NCBI GenBank assembly: GCA_040357565.1 | Contig: JBDODJ010000020.1 | DNA: 64,000 bases | Reading direction: 5' to 3' (one strand) | Source of the DNA: Cercozoa sp. M6MM | Lineage: Eukaryota; Protista; Endomyxa: Ascetosporea | Shown: positions 1-12,051 of the stretch, piece by piece | Layout of the letters: every line of letters starts with the position of its first letter | Numbering within the stretch: position 1 is the first letter of the stretch | Notes under the pieces: model-generated | Told to the model about the DNA's origin: nothing | Databases searched by the model: none | What the model saw: only the letters and a program-made list of their open reading frames with translations | Made by a program: the position numbers and the translations under genes

Positions 1-607
1 TGTGACTGGCCTTGGACTGACCTGCCTTGGACTGACCTGCCTTACCTTGACTGCTTTGACCTGACTGAGCCTGCTGGTCGGCATGACACACACCGCACAA
101 CTCCTGCACCAGGATATCGGCCACGTGCAGCGAGAGACCGCGATGAGCACTGCCTGAGTGCTGCAGCAGCACGCGCAACGACGCCTCGAACGGCGTCAGC
201 GCCGTCTCGGCCCACTGCACCTGCGCCAGCGCACGCAGCTGCTCGCGCAGCACGTAGCGCACCAGCGACATGAACTTGTCAACGCGGTAGTAGCCGATGC
301 CGTTCCACTCGCGCGCCATCGTCCGCGCGAACGCCGCAAAATACAGTGCGCGTCTCTTCGCGTCCAGTTCGTGCTGCAGAGCGGCCAGCTCGAGTGCCAG
401 GTGCTGCTGCACTGGCACCTGGTCCGAGTGCCACATGCAGTAGAACAGACCCTTCCACGCCTGCGCAAAGTATGCCGCCGATGTCTCCGCACTCGACGCC
501 AGCCACACACGCACTCGCTTCAGCGAACGCGCGCGCTGCTTCCGTTCCGTCGACGCCAGCAGGCGCGACAGCTGCAGCAGGCGCGTCTCTTCGGCTCCGT
601 CCGCCAT
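1..607 (-). CDS. RRP1: Ribosomal RNA processing protein 1 (Nop52 family), 5' part; runs off the window
   Basis: ATG at 607 opens MADGAEETRLLQLSRLLASTERKQRARSLKRV...AWKGLFYCMWHSDQVPVQQHLALEL...TMAREWNGIGYYRVDKFMSLVR. This matches the Nop52 signatures WKGLFYCMW.SD and REW.GID..R.DKF. Not in the ORF track. Probable repeat-filled intron below ~61. Confidence 0.9.
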   Translation of the reverse strand, partial: MADGAEETRLLQLSRLLASTERKQRARSLKRVRVWLASSAETSAAYFAQAWKGLFYCMWHSDQVPVQQHLALELAALQHELDAKRRALYFAAFARTMAREWNGIGYYRVDKFMSLVRYVLREQLRALAQVQWAETALTPFEASLRVLLQHSGSAHRGLSLHVADILVQELCGVCHADQQAQSGQSSQGKAGQSKAGQSKASH

Positions 608-1102
608 CTCTCTTTATTTTATTGCCGCCCGAGTTTCTCTCACCGGCACACACACTCACTGGCGCTGTCGGCACTACACTTTACGCGCGTCACGCACACT
701 CCACGGGCGCCGCACGGGCAGAGCCTCTTTTCGCGCTGCTTTATTTGCGCCCAGCGCTCCTCAATTTTCTAACGTCTACGCGAAATCAATCGTGTGCAGT
801 AGAGTTTCCGTACTTGCAAAGTTGGATCGCTGCTAAAGAAACCGCAAGTTGTGCCCAAATCAACGCAGATCAGCAAAGCTGCCACATCATTCAGAAACGT
901 TTTTGGGGAGCTGTAGCGCCATTTGCCAGCTTAGGAGACAATAGGGTGCTCTCCCAGTGGCGCTTACGCAACCTTGCGAGCACTTGCGAAAAACACGGGC
1001 GACTCGAAAAGTTGGTGTTTGTGCCAATATTATTGACCCCGCAGCCAACGGTAGTGGAAGAGGTGCGTGCGCCTCCTCCTCCAACAACAGCTCCCTTTCG
1101 GC

Positions 1103-4100
1103 ATGACAACGCTGACGGCAGCGCAGGCTGGAACCTTACGCTCATGTCCGCTCTCGGGTACTCGGTTGTATCATTTATTTCCTATCATTTATTTCCTATC
1201 ATTTATTTCCCAGTCATTATTTCTCAAGTCGTTGATGACAATTCACTCACTGTAGCCTCCGAAATGGAAGAGTACGCTCGATTCGTCGAACTTGACGACG
1301 AAACGAAGTCGCCAAAGCAACACGTGCGTTTTTTTGGGACACTGGTGAAACATCAAGCGTCTGTTTGATGTGATGTGCAGCGCGAGTTGCTCAAGGACCT
1401 GCTCCGAGGTCTCGGTGACATTGGCAAGGGCGATGATGGGCCCACACGGCGGCATAAGTGGAGTTGGGTGATTGAGAACATGCTAGTTCTGCCGTTGGTG
1501 CAGAATCCAACCTTAACGAAAACGCTGGTCTCAATTCGCAACTGGCAAACTGTACTCTTATCTTTTGACTTGCTGTGTAAAGAAATGTGTGTACGTTTAT
1601 ATTGCTACTATAGTCACTGGTTCGTCTAGTGTTTGCCTCGATGGACTTGCCGCTGGTGAGTGTGCCGAGAGATGCGGAGAAAGATAGCGACGACGAAAAC
1701 TTCGGCTTGCTGACCAAGAAGAGCTGCATCGGTCGCGAGGTGCAGGACCGGCAGAATTTTCGGCACGTGCGGCGCGTCATCAAGTCGCAGTCGCGCCTGT
1801 TCTCGCTGCTGATGGTGATCTTTACGCAGGTGCACTACTCGGTGTTCTGCAACACGCAGGAGCGCTTCTCGCTAACCGACATTCCCGAGAAGTTCCAGTT
1901 CACGGCGCCCAAGCAGAACGGCGGCACTTTCGACACTCTCGTACACAATATATTTTCGTACAAAATATATTTTGTCTCTAATCGTGGTTTCTGAAAGTAT
2001 CAGTTTTCTGAAAGTATCAGTTTCTGAAAGTATCAGTTTTGCTTGTGTAACGTTACAGCTGCGTTCGATGACGTCGCTGTTCTCGCAGACAGGCGGCTGG
2101 ACAACTCTGTCGGTGCCGATCGGGCGCCTGCTGCTGCTGTCCTTGTTGAGCAAAGTGTCGAAAAACTACCGCGAAATCTCTCGCGACTACAGGCTTCCGC
2201 ACGTGCGTTTTACTCTGCCATCCTTGACGGAATGTGTTGACCTTCGTTTTCCTTGGTTCGTTTGCAGTGGCAGAATCTGCTCTCACTGCTTGCAGTCGTG
2301 GAAAGCTTCATTCTGCATCGCGCTCGGTCGACGAAACTCTCGCTCACACGGGTTTCTTTTCATTCTTTTAAACTCAGTATTCTTGTCGATTCGATTCTTA
2401 TTTTTTAGTCGCTTCCGCGCGGCTCGTCGTCCTTCGACGATGCTGTGTCCACTCCGACACCCACAGTACTTCATGCGCTGTCTGCCCCAAGAGAAAAAGA
2501 AAGAAACCTGTGTGTTTCTGCAGAGACGCAAGTCGTTCTGGAGGAAAGAAGGCGACTCGTCCATTGATCCCATTGTTACTACGCAGTTTGGTACCGAACG
2601 CCTGACACTCTGGAAGAAACGCTAGAGAAACAGTTTTCTTTTTTTTTGCAGATTTACCGGCGAGCTCGACACCCAAAAAGAGCGCGAAGAAGAAGGCGCA
2701 AGTTGCTTCCGATCTTGGTAATAGCACACAACAAAATTGAGTCTTCCACTAACATCAAAATCCGCATTCGTCGCTGTCTGTAGACCCTTTGAACCGACGT
2801 GTGTTCCTTCGAATTGCGAGTGATTTAAATTGCACCGAAGGTTTGTTTTTTTTCCCGCACTTCGAAGCTGTGCCTTTCACACGCATGCATTGGCTCTCTT
2901 TCGATCGGTGCAGACTTGGCTCTCGTCCGATTGGTGCTGCGACTGCTTCAAAAAGAGCTCCGCGTTGATGGCATGTACGCACGGTTCGCAACGGTTCGGT
3001 TTTCCCTGCAAGTTTGCAGTTGCACACATGCAATTTACCTAAGTGTAGGTTAGCGAGGCTTCCGACAAGAAATTAAAAGCGTATTTTGCTTCAGAGTTTC
3101 TCAAGATTTTTGTTTTTGTTTTTGCTTTTGACCCGAGGTGGTGTGTGAAAAATAGAAAGGTGCGCCGACTGGACGAATTGCTGAATGCAGAGCGCGAGTT
3201 TTTCGAAGAGTTGCACCGGTTTCTAGCGAATGTGCTGGCGTCACGTTCGCTTTCGAGTAGGCTTTTTCTGCTCTCTGGCTTTTGGGGGGCGAGTCGAGTG
3301 ATATTGTTTTGTGTGTTTGCTCAGGTGACAAGCGTCGTGAGAAAGTGGGGCAGGCATTGGAGCAGATGGCGCTTGCCACTGCGCAGGTATAGCCTAACTG
3401 TCAGTTTGTGTGCATATCAAAATCTTGTTGGTTGGACAGAGAGCGGTTCTAAAGAAGCAGTCATCGGCAGGCCGCATGGCCACGATTAAAGGTAAGTCAC
3501 GCACCTCAATGTCGGCCGAAGTAAGCTCTGCCGTGCGCTTCCTTAAACGAGTAAGACACCAGTTCTCCTTGCTTAGTTTATTTTTACATCATTCTACTTT
3601 GAATTGTTGCTTGTTAGGTCGCACTGGCGTCGCTACGCGACAGGCGGCACGCTGAAAGTGTCGATGATGACCATGTACATCCATAAGTTTCTCGTACTAC
3701 TGTTGCTGTTGTATTTGTGTGTGTGTGTGTGTGATTGGTAGGGTCTTCATCGCGTACTGAGTCTCCAGTTACGTCTCATGCAGCAGCGACAGGAAGAAGC
3801 TGCTGCTGCAGAAGAAAGTGAGGAGGACAACTGGTGGACCGACCCACAGGTGGCCGACAACGTCTCCTTGTTCGCCTTTTGCCGCGTGCGCACGCGCAGC
3901 GACTCTGTCTCCGTACATTTATGTTTAGCAGTCTCCGCGCGGACAGAGGAATCAATGGAATGCAAAACAGAGTGGCGACGAACTGCTGCGCCGACAGCCA
4001 CGGCGGCCGCTGCGCGAAATTCGCCGGAGTGCCCGTCTTGAAGGGTAAACCCTTTGCCCTTTACCCCCCTCCCCCTTACTTCCCGCAGTGTGCTACGACA

Positions 4101-4339
4101 GCGACTGGCCAGCATGCCTGCCATGCGCACGCCCCTCAATGTACACACTGATAAGGATTAATGTATACAAGTATTAATGTATATAAGTATTAATGTATAC
4201 AAGTATTAATGTACTCTGATGTGCATATGAACAGAGAGCGAGTTTCGCCACCGACGTCGTCGACGTGAGTGTACAGCTGCCGCCCACGCGGTCGCGACTC
4301 GCCTCTGTGTGCGTTGTGCCCCTTCCTACCCCATGCATT

Positions 4340-4392
<53 letters not shown>

Positions 4393-4402
4393 NNNNNNNN
4401 NN

Positions 4403-4450
<48 letters not shown>

Positions 4451-4750
4451 ACGTTTGTATTTGTGTCCAGTATTGATCACGCCGAAGCAGTCGAAGTTCC
4501 GGAGAATCGCGGCCACTCGCGACAGCACCGGTCGCGACACCTGGTCGAGGAGGAGATCGCCGCTCTGCATGGTGCGCTTGAGTCGATATATACTGGATCT
4601 ATACATATGTATGTCTATGATATGTGCTGCCTATCGGTATGTGTGATGCAGCCTCGTCGACTGAGACGTCGCCAGTTCCGCCGCAGACGGCCATTGTGCT
4701 GCCGGCATCGGCGTCGCTGGACGGCGTGCCGTCGCTCGCGCTGCGTTAAC
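1103..4750 (+). CDS. Multi-exon hypothetical protein (largely helical), start uncertain
   Basis: Chain of GT-AG bounded coding-like exons (MEEYARFVELDD; RELLKDLLRGLG; FASMDLPLV...GGTFDTL; WQNLLSLLAVVESFILHR; KVRRLDELLNAEREFF; ...LDGVPSLALR*). No family recognised. Confidence 0.6.
4344..4449. repeat. (GT)n/(CA)n microsatellite with scaffold gap; similar tracts at ~35437-35544, ~44855-45052 and ~54143-54197
   Basis: Direct inspection; three of the four tracts contain N runs. Confidence 0.95.
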
Positions 4751-4928
4751 AACTGCAAACTACAGCAGCAACTTTCGCGACCCTATAATTCGTTTTGATT
4801 TACATTTACCATACAATAGAAGCGACTGGAACCAAACGCGGGAACGTTAGTTAGCTTCTTAATTCTATTCGAACTTTGTGTAGCACCATCGCAAGCGAAA
4901 GTAACGGAAGGCAAGAGAAGGAGGCTGG

Positions 4929-6762
4929 TCAGCTAGCGGAGAGATCCAGACGGCTCAGACAGGCGTCGAAAGCAGGCACCGACAGGAGCCACTCGTCCAT
5001 GTCGCGGCTGCAGAGAACCTCATTTTTACCCCCCCCCCGTGGTGGGGGCGCGGCCCGGCCCCCCCCCCCCGACTCTTGTTACCACTGAAGACGCAAAGCC
5101 GGCACGTCGTGCACCAGAGTGAGCGTGATGTCGCCATGTGTCGACGGTTGCCTCCATTGGAGATCCTCACCGTCGCAGGTGTCACTGACGGTTCGATCGC
5201 CCATGCGATCACTCATACGATCACTGATGCGATCAGTGTCGGAACTGATGCCGAACCGTGCCACAGCGTGACGGTGTAGTCGACGGTGGACCACGTGATG
5301 AACCGTCCGAGTCAGCACATGTGTAGCATCGCACCGTAGCCACCGTCGCCACAGCACCGTCAACTGATCGATCGTTTCACCGTCATGATCACTGACGGTT
5401 TGATCACTGACGGTTTGATCACTGACGGTTTGATCGGTGCGACGCAGTGTGACGTCGTCATAGGCGCGCGTGAAGCACAGCGACGCCTCGACTCCGGCAT
5501 CCGCGCGGAAGTGTAATGTCCGCGCGGACGCCTCCCACAGCGCCGTGAAGCGCTGCAGTGGCTCGCGCGTTCGCTAGTCAAACCAATTGGAGAGGGGGTG
5601 GGGGGGGGGTAAAACAGCCTACATTAATCGACATGACGAGGTCGAGGCCGCTCTGCGTCGACAGAAGCGCGGCCACCTGACGCAACAAGAGACGCCGCTG
5701 CTTGCGCCGCACCTGAGAGGGGTGGGGGGTGAAAGGGGTAAGGGGGGGGGTAAAACTACCTGCTGCAAAAGCTGCGAGGCATCGGTGCCGCTTTCTCTCG
5801 ACGGCGTCAGTGACACGCCATCCGGTGTCATGTGCAGTGCACAGATTCCCTCCTTCTGCGTGACACAGAAACAACAACAACAGAAATACAACAACAACAG
5901 AACAACAACAACAGAAATACAACAACAGAAATACAACAAAATAACAAGCGCACCGATGCTGTATCCGCGCGGAGATCGGCCACCAGGATGCTCGGCAACG
6001 ACACTCGGCCCACGCGGATGCCGCCCTGTTCTCGGCAAAAATAAAAAACAACAACAAAAACAACAACCTAAAAACAACAACAATTTCGTACCTCGCACAA
6101 ATGCCGCACGTCATGCGCTGCGCGCGCAAACTGATTCGCGCGTTTCTCAAGTTGCGTCCGCGCGGAAGCCAAAATGTCGGCGGCGCTGTCTGCGCGGACA
6201 GCATGGTTCGCGCGAACGGCGCGTCGCGTCGCTTGGCGCAGCGTTGTTGTGATCGCTTCGTCGTCCGCGCGGACGTCCGGCGGGCCTTCCTCGCGGATGA
6301 GCGCGCGAAGATCGGCGTCGGCACCTTGACGCCGGTGCATTCGCTGCAGTGACACGGCACCACCTGTCCAGTCAACAACAAAACAGCATTCGCATTTTCA
6401 TGCGTCCGCGCGGGAGCAGCCTGGATACCAGGACGCATCATGCGCGCAAGTTGGGCCAGCAGGTGCATGTCTTGATGTGCTTGAGACAGGTGCATCCGCG
6501 CGGAGGCACGGAGAGACTCGGCGGAGGAAGTCTGCGACCGCGCGGACGTGCTGACCGACTCGTCGCTGTCGTCGCTGTCGCGCTGCCGCTGGTGCTGACG
6601 GTAGCGACGGTCCACGGCCACGAAGAAACGCTCCAGCGGCGTCAACGCCGCAGGCAATGTCCGCGCGGATGGGTCAGCTGGAATCTCCTTGCACAGTTGC
6701 GCATCCAGCGACACTGACACATCTGACAGGTCGATCACACCGTCGGCATCGGCGTTTCTCAT
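4929..6762 (-). CDS. MED17: Mediator subunit 17-like
   Basis: The N-terminal DVSVSLDAQL...LERFFVAVDRR, then ARMHLSQAHQDMHLLAQL (cf. plant LQLAHQELSVIIDL) and AADILASARTQLEK (cf. metazoan AAQILLKGAERL) fall in the MED17 order. Spliced over about 6 exons; C-terminal end approximate. Confidence 0.5.
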
Positions 6763-7029
6763 TGCCGCTGCAAAAATATCTCAACACACATGTGCTAAAT
6801 CACAATTAGCGAATACCTAATGCACGATCCTCAACACCCGCACATGCGTGAGCAGCACGAGAGCCTTTTTGAGTGTACCGGACGTTGAGCAACTTAAGGC
6901 TGCACATGTACTATTGAGTCTTTGTTCGCTCAATCAAGTGTTAGAGAAGCGTTAGGCAACTTTAATGCAATAAGAATCACACGTAACACACAGAACGCGG
7001 GGCCAATAGGCCCAGGGAGACGCGTATAG

Positions 7030-8189
7030 CTACTCGAGTTTTTTCTGCAGTTTGGCCGGCTTGGACTTGCTGTCCTTGGGCTTGAAGTACAGGTCGTAGA
7101 AGAGCTTGGAGAACACGACGACGTAGTAGACGTACATGATGGCAGCGAACATGAGGATCGTCGAGTTGAACTCCGGGCACAGCATGTAGCGCTTGTACTG
7201 CACGAGGGGTACGCGTGGGTAGCACGGGGAAGGGGTTAAGGGGACAAAGGAGAAAGGTACGATGACGTAGGACATGGCAAACATCTGCGAAGTCTGCACG
7301 AAGGTGATGGACATGCGAATCGGCTTGGGGAAGCGCACGCCCATGGCACTCACGGCGTAGTACGTGTACATGATGCTGTGCACAAAGAGGTTGATGCAGG
7401 TGCCGTGCATGGCCACCGGGTCGGCCACGTAGCTCATATTCAGCAGGCCTTGTGCACACGTCAACACGTGGTGCGTCCAGTGCAGTGCAATGCTACCAGA
7501 GAGGGGGAGGTAAGGGGTAACGCAGGGGAGAGGGCGGGGTAAAACTACATCGGACGACGACGCAGTGCCAGGAAGACCGTGTCACCGAATTCCACGATTT
7601 TCGACACGTTGAACAGAAACATGGCCCAGCCGCGCGGATCGCTGCCAAGAGCGACGGCATCGTAGCACACGGCGTCGTAAGACTCGCCCCGGATTAGCCG
7701 GATCCACAGCGGCAGCAGCGACAGGAAAGCCAAAAACGAGCTGCGCAAAACGCCGCCTTAATGATCAAAAATCACTCAAGACCACAGAACCAGATCGTAC
7801 AAACTCGCGAGGCCAAAGTTCCACAGCACAAGCAGCGTCTTCATGAGCAACGAGTCCTTGGGTCTCTTTTCTGTGAAATCAATCGTACCAACCCAGACAA
7901 ATACCAAAAAAAAAAGACACTGCTGGAGCAAAATGGCAAACCAATACCACCTGCGGGCGGCATCGGGAAGATCTTGCGCAGCGTGAAAATCACCGGACAG
8001 TACAGCGCCAGCAGGGTCCATACGAGCGTCTTGTTGTCCTGCAGGACATGCGTATCTAGTCGTGTTTTTCACAGGCATTAACAGTCAATTTACGGTCACA
8101 AAGGCCTTGGCATCACGGTCGAACTCGTAGTTCTCGGGCGCCATCAGCAGGCGACTCGCGCCGTGCGAAACTTGCTCCAACAGCTCCAT
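7030..8189 (-). CDS. Fatty acid elongase (ELO/GNS1/SUR4 family)
   Basis: Spliced product has LWNFGLASFS, SKIVEFGDTVFLALRRRP, the HxxHH box (LHWTHH), NLFVHSIMYTYY, TFVQTSQM and a C-terminal KKLE* dilysine ER-retrieval signal. About 6 exons, ATG at 8189. Confidence 0.95.
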
Positions 8190-8555
8190 TGTGTCCTGCC
8201 CTCAAAAAAGCAAGGTGATCGCTTGACATTGGATCGATAGGCGCGATTTGTGTGACTTGGCCTGGGCGCTTGTCAAGTTTGCCCCACGCAAAGACCGAGT
8301 CACCGCCCAAGTCTGTACAGTGAGCATTACCTACTGAAGCGTGCGCGGCAAACAAGCTGCTGCGGCAAAAAACACGAGGCAGCTTCTTGTCAATCAGTGT
8401 TTTGTTAAAGGAGCGTCATGGTTGTCAAAGCGGCCTTAAATGAACCTTTTCAGAGCTAAGCACGATGTGGTACCACAGCAGTGCCAGTGCTTTTAGCGAT
8501 CGTCTTTTACGAGAGAACTGAAGCTTGTAACCAACTGGGGGGTGGCGATCACTTA

Positions 8556-11228
8556 TCAATCGGTATGGCAGTTCCGGCTGTCGGTGCTGCCACGTCCCGA
8601 TCGCGGCAATTCACCCGAGGAGCTGAAGCATTTGCTGCTACAGTACTAGTTGAAACACTCAAGTCCCATCGATATCCGCGCGGCTGGTCAGTGCATCGAT
8701 AGGTACGAATTAGAGCGGGAGACTGGCGCACTGCGGCCGCTCTTGTGCCGCCGGCAGGCCTCTTTCTCGGCGTCGCTGAGAGCGATCTCGCTGGCCAGCG
8801 CGTCGAACTGCGACGAGCGTAAGAAGGACATCCACTGCGCACGAAAGTTGAGTGGACTCGAAACTTGAGTTGAGTTGCTTTTCTACCTGATCGGACTGCA
8901 GAAGCCGCAAGATCTCGCGATGCGCCTCGTCAAAGAGAGCCGAGGTGACACCTTGCGCGTCGAGAGCGCACGTGACAGTGCCTTTGGCGAGCTCTTGCGC
9001 ACGGCGAGCATGCCCAGCTCGCGTCTGCTCGATCACCTCGGCGATCGCATCGAGCACGGCCGAGGAGAGATTCACGCGTCTCGCCGCCTTGGGCGCCACG
9101 TAGCGACGGAAGATCCGCGTGGCTGCGCGACTGCGTTTTTCCCGGGTCACACATGAGAAACGCTGACAGAAACGGCACAGTGAAATACCGCAACGCAGTG
9201 CCGTCGGATTCGTCGAGTGTTTTGAACTCGGCGACACTGCTCAAAAAGAAGATGAAAAAACACACAATTTCTTTTGCAAGAGAACGCCAAGAGAGTCAAA
9301 ACTCACTCGAGCACGAAATCGAGGTTCTCGCGCGCTGCGCGCGTCTCCAGAAACTCGCCGAAATGTCGCTGCAGTCGCTTGTTCATCTGCTGGCCAGGTT
9401 GAACGGCACTTTCGAAGGCACTGCGGAGACAAGGCAAGTTTCGAAATGCGTTGAATGAGAGACACGTCGATTTAAGAACTTACAGAGCAGCGAGAATGTT
9501 GTCAGAAGCAGAAGCGAATTCGAGTCCGAACGCATCGATCTCGGCCACAGAAAGCGCGTTGACCGTGGCGACTGGCGGGATGCCTTGCACCACTGCACAA
9601 AGATACACACACGACATTGAACGAAACAAACTCAGACACCTATAGGGCACGACCGGGTACCGCGGAGGCCAGCAGCATCTGGTTCAACCTCTCGAATGCC
9701 GAACTTTGCCATGTCGTCAAAGAAGTCGTCGTGCGCTAACTCACACATCGAAAATACACCGACACAATAACAGCAACAACAACTGAAAGTGCAAAATTAC
9801 TCGGAGTGTTCAACTGCTCAGCAGAAGACGAAACCGCTTCGGCAGCTCTGCACAGTTTCTCCATTACGTTATTTCCTTCGTTTGCAAAAAACAGAAATAC
9901 GCGCGCAAATTGTCGCGGAAGGTGCGCAGCGATTTCGCAAAGTTGCGCATGCGTGTATCTTCCGCCTGCTTGATTTCCTGCTCGAAAAACCAGTTCCAAC
10001 ATTCATTAAATAATCAAAGCAAAGTGATACCGTGATCAAGTTTGGCAGCGCAGTCAGGTGCAAATGAGCAATGGCGCCATTCGCCTCATCGATCGCTCTG
10101 TCATTGGCTATGCGCAAAATACACCTATGAAGGTTTACGAGGGGAATACAGAGACGTAGACTTACCCAAAGCAACATTGCGTGCACGCAAACGAATCTGT
10201 TCGCACTGGTGCACGGTGCGCGCAGTCTCTTGCCGCGTCGAGCGCACCGAAGTGTTGCCGCTGCTGTTGCTGCTGTTGGAGCGCCGCATCAGCAAGCTGC
10301 GCAAGCGTGCGTTTGCAAAAGCTGCTACGGCAGGTGTTGTGCCGCCAGTCTCGACTGCATCGCTACAGACCACTCGTTTCTCCTTTTCCTATGCGACAAA
10401 ATACACTTGCTTTCGTGAAAGTTTGCGATTCAAAAATCTGAACTGAAACTGTACAATTGCAGCTCGGCACTGTTCTACTGCTTTGAGTAGTTTCTGCGAC
10501 GATTTTTGAGCTTCCAGACGTCGCTTTTCGGAAACAGCAGCAGCGGTGAGTTGCGAACACTGAGTCAGCGCGTGCGCCACTTTAGCACGCAAGCGCGGCA
10601 ACGATCGCTGGCCTTCTGACAGTGAGCCCTGCAGCAACTGCAAAAAAATTGAAAGACGCGAAAACCTCCAAAAGTGTAAAAGGAGAAAAGGGCAAAAGGT
10701 ACAGTCGTGCAGTCCGAACCGGCGATACTCTTTGCTGAGCGCTCCATTGCACTCGCAATTGCGCGCGTCTGAATTTTGCATTTATTTCGACATACGCGCG
10801 GAAGGAAATGAAACTTTACCTGGCGGATCATTAACGTGATGGATTTGAATGCATTTGTTTCGCGGTACTCACGCGATAGGTTTCTGCAAAATCAAGAAAA
10901 AGATATTTCAGGACACACTAAACAGTCGAGGGATCGGACGTACGAATCCGACTGAAGTCTGACGCCGTAGTGGACACATGTCGCGTCCAGTTCTTTGGCG
11001 AACTGTTCTTGAAGTGCAGCAACTTTCGCAGTGAAATTGGCTGCTCGTTTCATTGTATACATTGTTTCCTCCTGTGGCAGGAACAACACAACACACTTGC
11101 ACTGATTGTCGTATTTTCAATGTTGACTGAGTTGAGCGAAATATTACCACCCGGCGCAACGCGGCCGACATGTCAGTGCCAACTGAAGGCACCTTGGCGA
11201 ACTCTGCCTGCGACAGTCCACGCTGCAT
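8556..11228 (-). CDS. F-BAR domain + RGS domain protein
   Basis: N-terminal exons AANFTAKVAALQEQFAKEL and LPNLITEIKQAEDTRMRNFAKSLRTF fit F-BAR helices. C-terminal exons FGEFLETRAARENLDFVLDVAEFK, AATRIFRRYVAPKAARRVNLSS, LFDEAHREILRLLQSDQWMSFLRS are RGS. Contiguous GT-AG chain; last exon approximate. Confidence 0.75.
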
Positions 11229-11303
11229 CTTTCGCTCGCCTACTTTTGTGTTGAAAGCACTGAGAAACGAAAACGACGCGAAAATGTGATTGGAAAGCAC
11301 ACA

Positions 11304-11829
11304 ATGTACCCAGGAAGCGATCAGGACTTTAAGCCTACAGCAGCACAGAAAACAGCAATAGAAGCACACTCTAGTGCAAGAGAAGTGGCGGAAATTATCG
11401 ACAAGCCCAAAAGGCATTTCGTTGATTTTCGCGTGCCGAAGTGCGAGTTTTGCCACCCAGGCACTGGAGCAATTTGGCGGCATTCTTGCCAAACTGCAAC
11501 TGACAGTACTTGAACTGCTTCATCAGTGTGCTCATACAGCATGGCGGGCACATCAAATCACGATCGATCACCGCTGTAAATTCGGTAAATTCGTCGAGAC
11601 AACCAACACGGTAAATTCGTCGAGACAACCAACACCTCATTCTCCAAGACTAATGCTCCGATACTTAGTTGGTGTTGGTTGTCTCGTGTTGGACGAACAG
11701 GGGGTGCAGACTGCCGGGACCGTGGTCGGAGTACTTGGACAGGAGGAGACTGCACGACCGCTTCGGAATCAGAACTGTTCTCGTATCGACCGTTGCGTCG
11801 GTTTGATTGATGCTAAACAGCTGAACTAA
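11304..11829 (+). CDS. Small hypothetical protein (CEFC motif)
   Basis: ATG 11304 MYPGSDQDFKP...VPKCEFCHP plus downstream AG/GT bounded segments; no homology recognised. Confidence 0.3.
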
Positions 11830-12051
11830 ATGTCGGAAGCCTAGTCAAAAGCAAGCCCAGTCCGGTCATTAGGGCGGAGATTCGATTCTGAAGCCGGCGA
11901 CCGACAGTCCGCGGGGAGGGTTTAAATTACAAAAGTAAAAGGGCAGTCCGACCGGACTGACGTGAGTCCAGTACGGTACGGTAACTTTGAGCTGCCCAGT
12001 GCAGGCGCAGTGAACCCATTATGTGTGCGCATGTGTGTGGTCTAGTGTGCC

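Noticed and set aside
158-1368. + strand ORFs of 204 and 340 aa
   Set aside because: Mostly antisense shadows of GC-rich RRP1; only the 3' end of the 340-aa ORF overlaps a real exon.
3155-3260. RhoGEF DH-like start (RRLDELLNAEREFFEEL)
   Set aside because: Downstream exons lack the other DH conserved regions.
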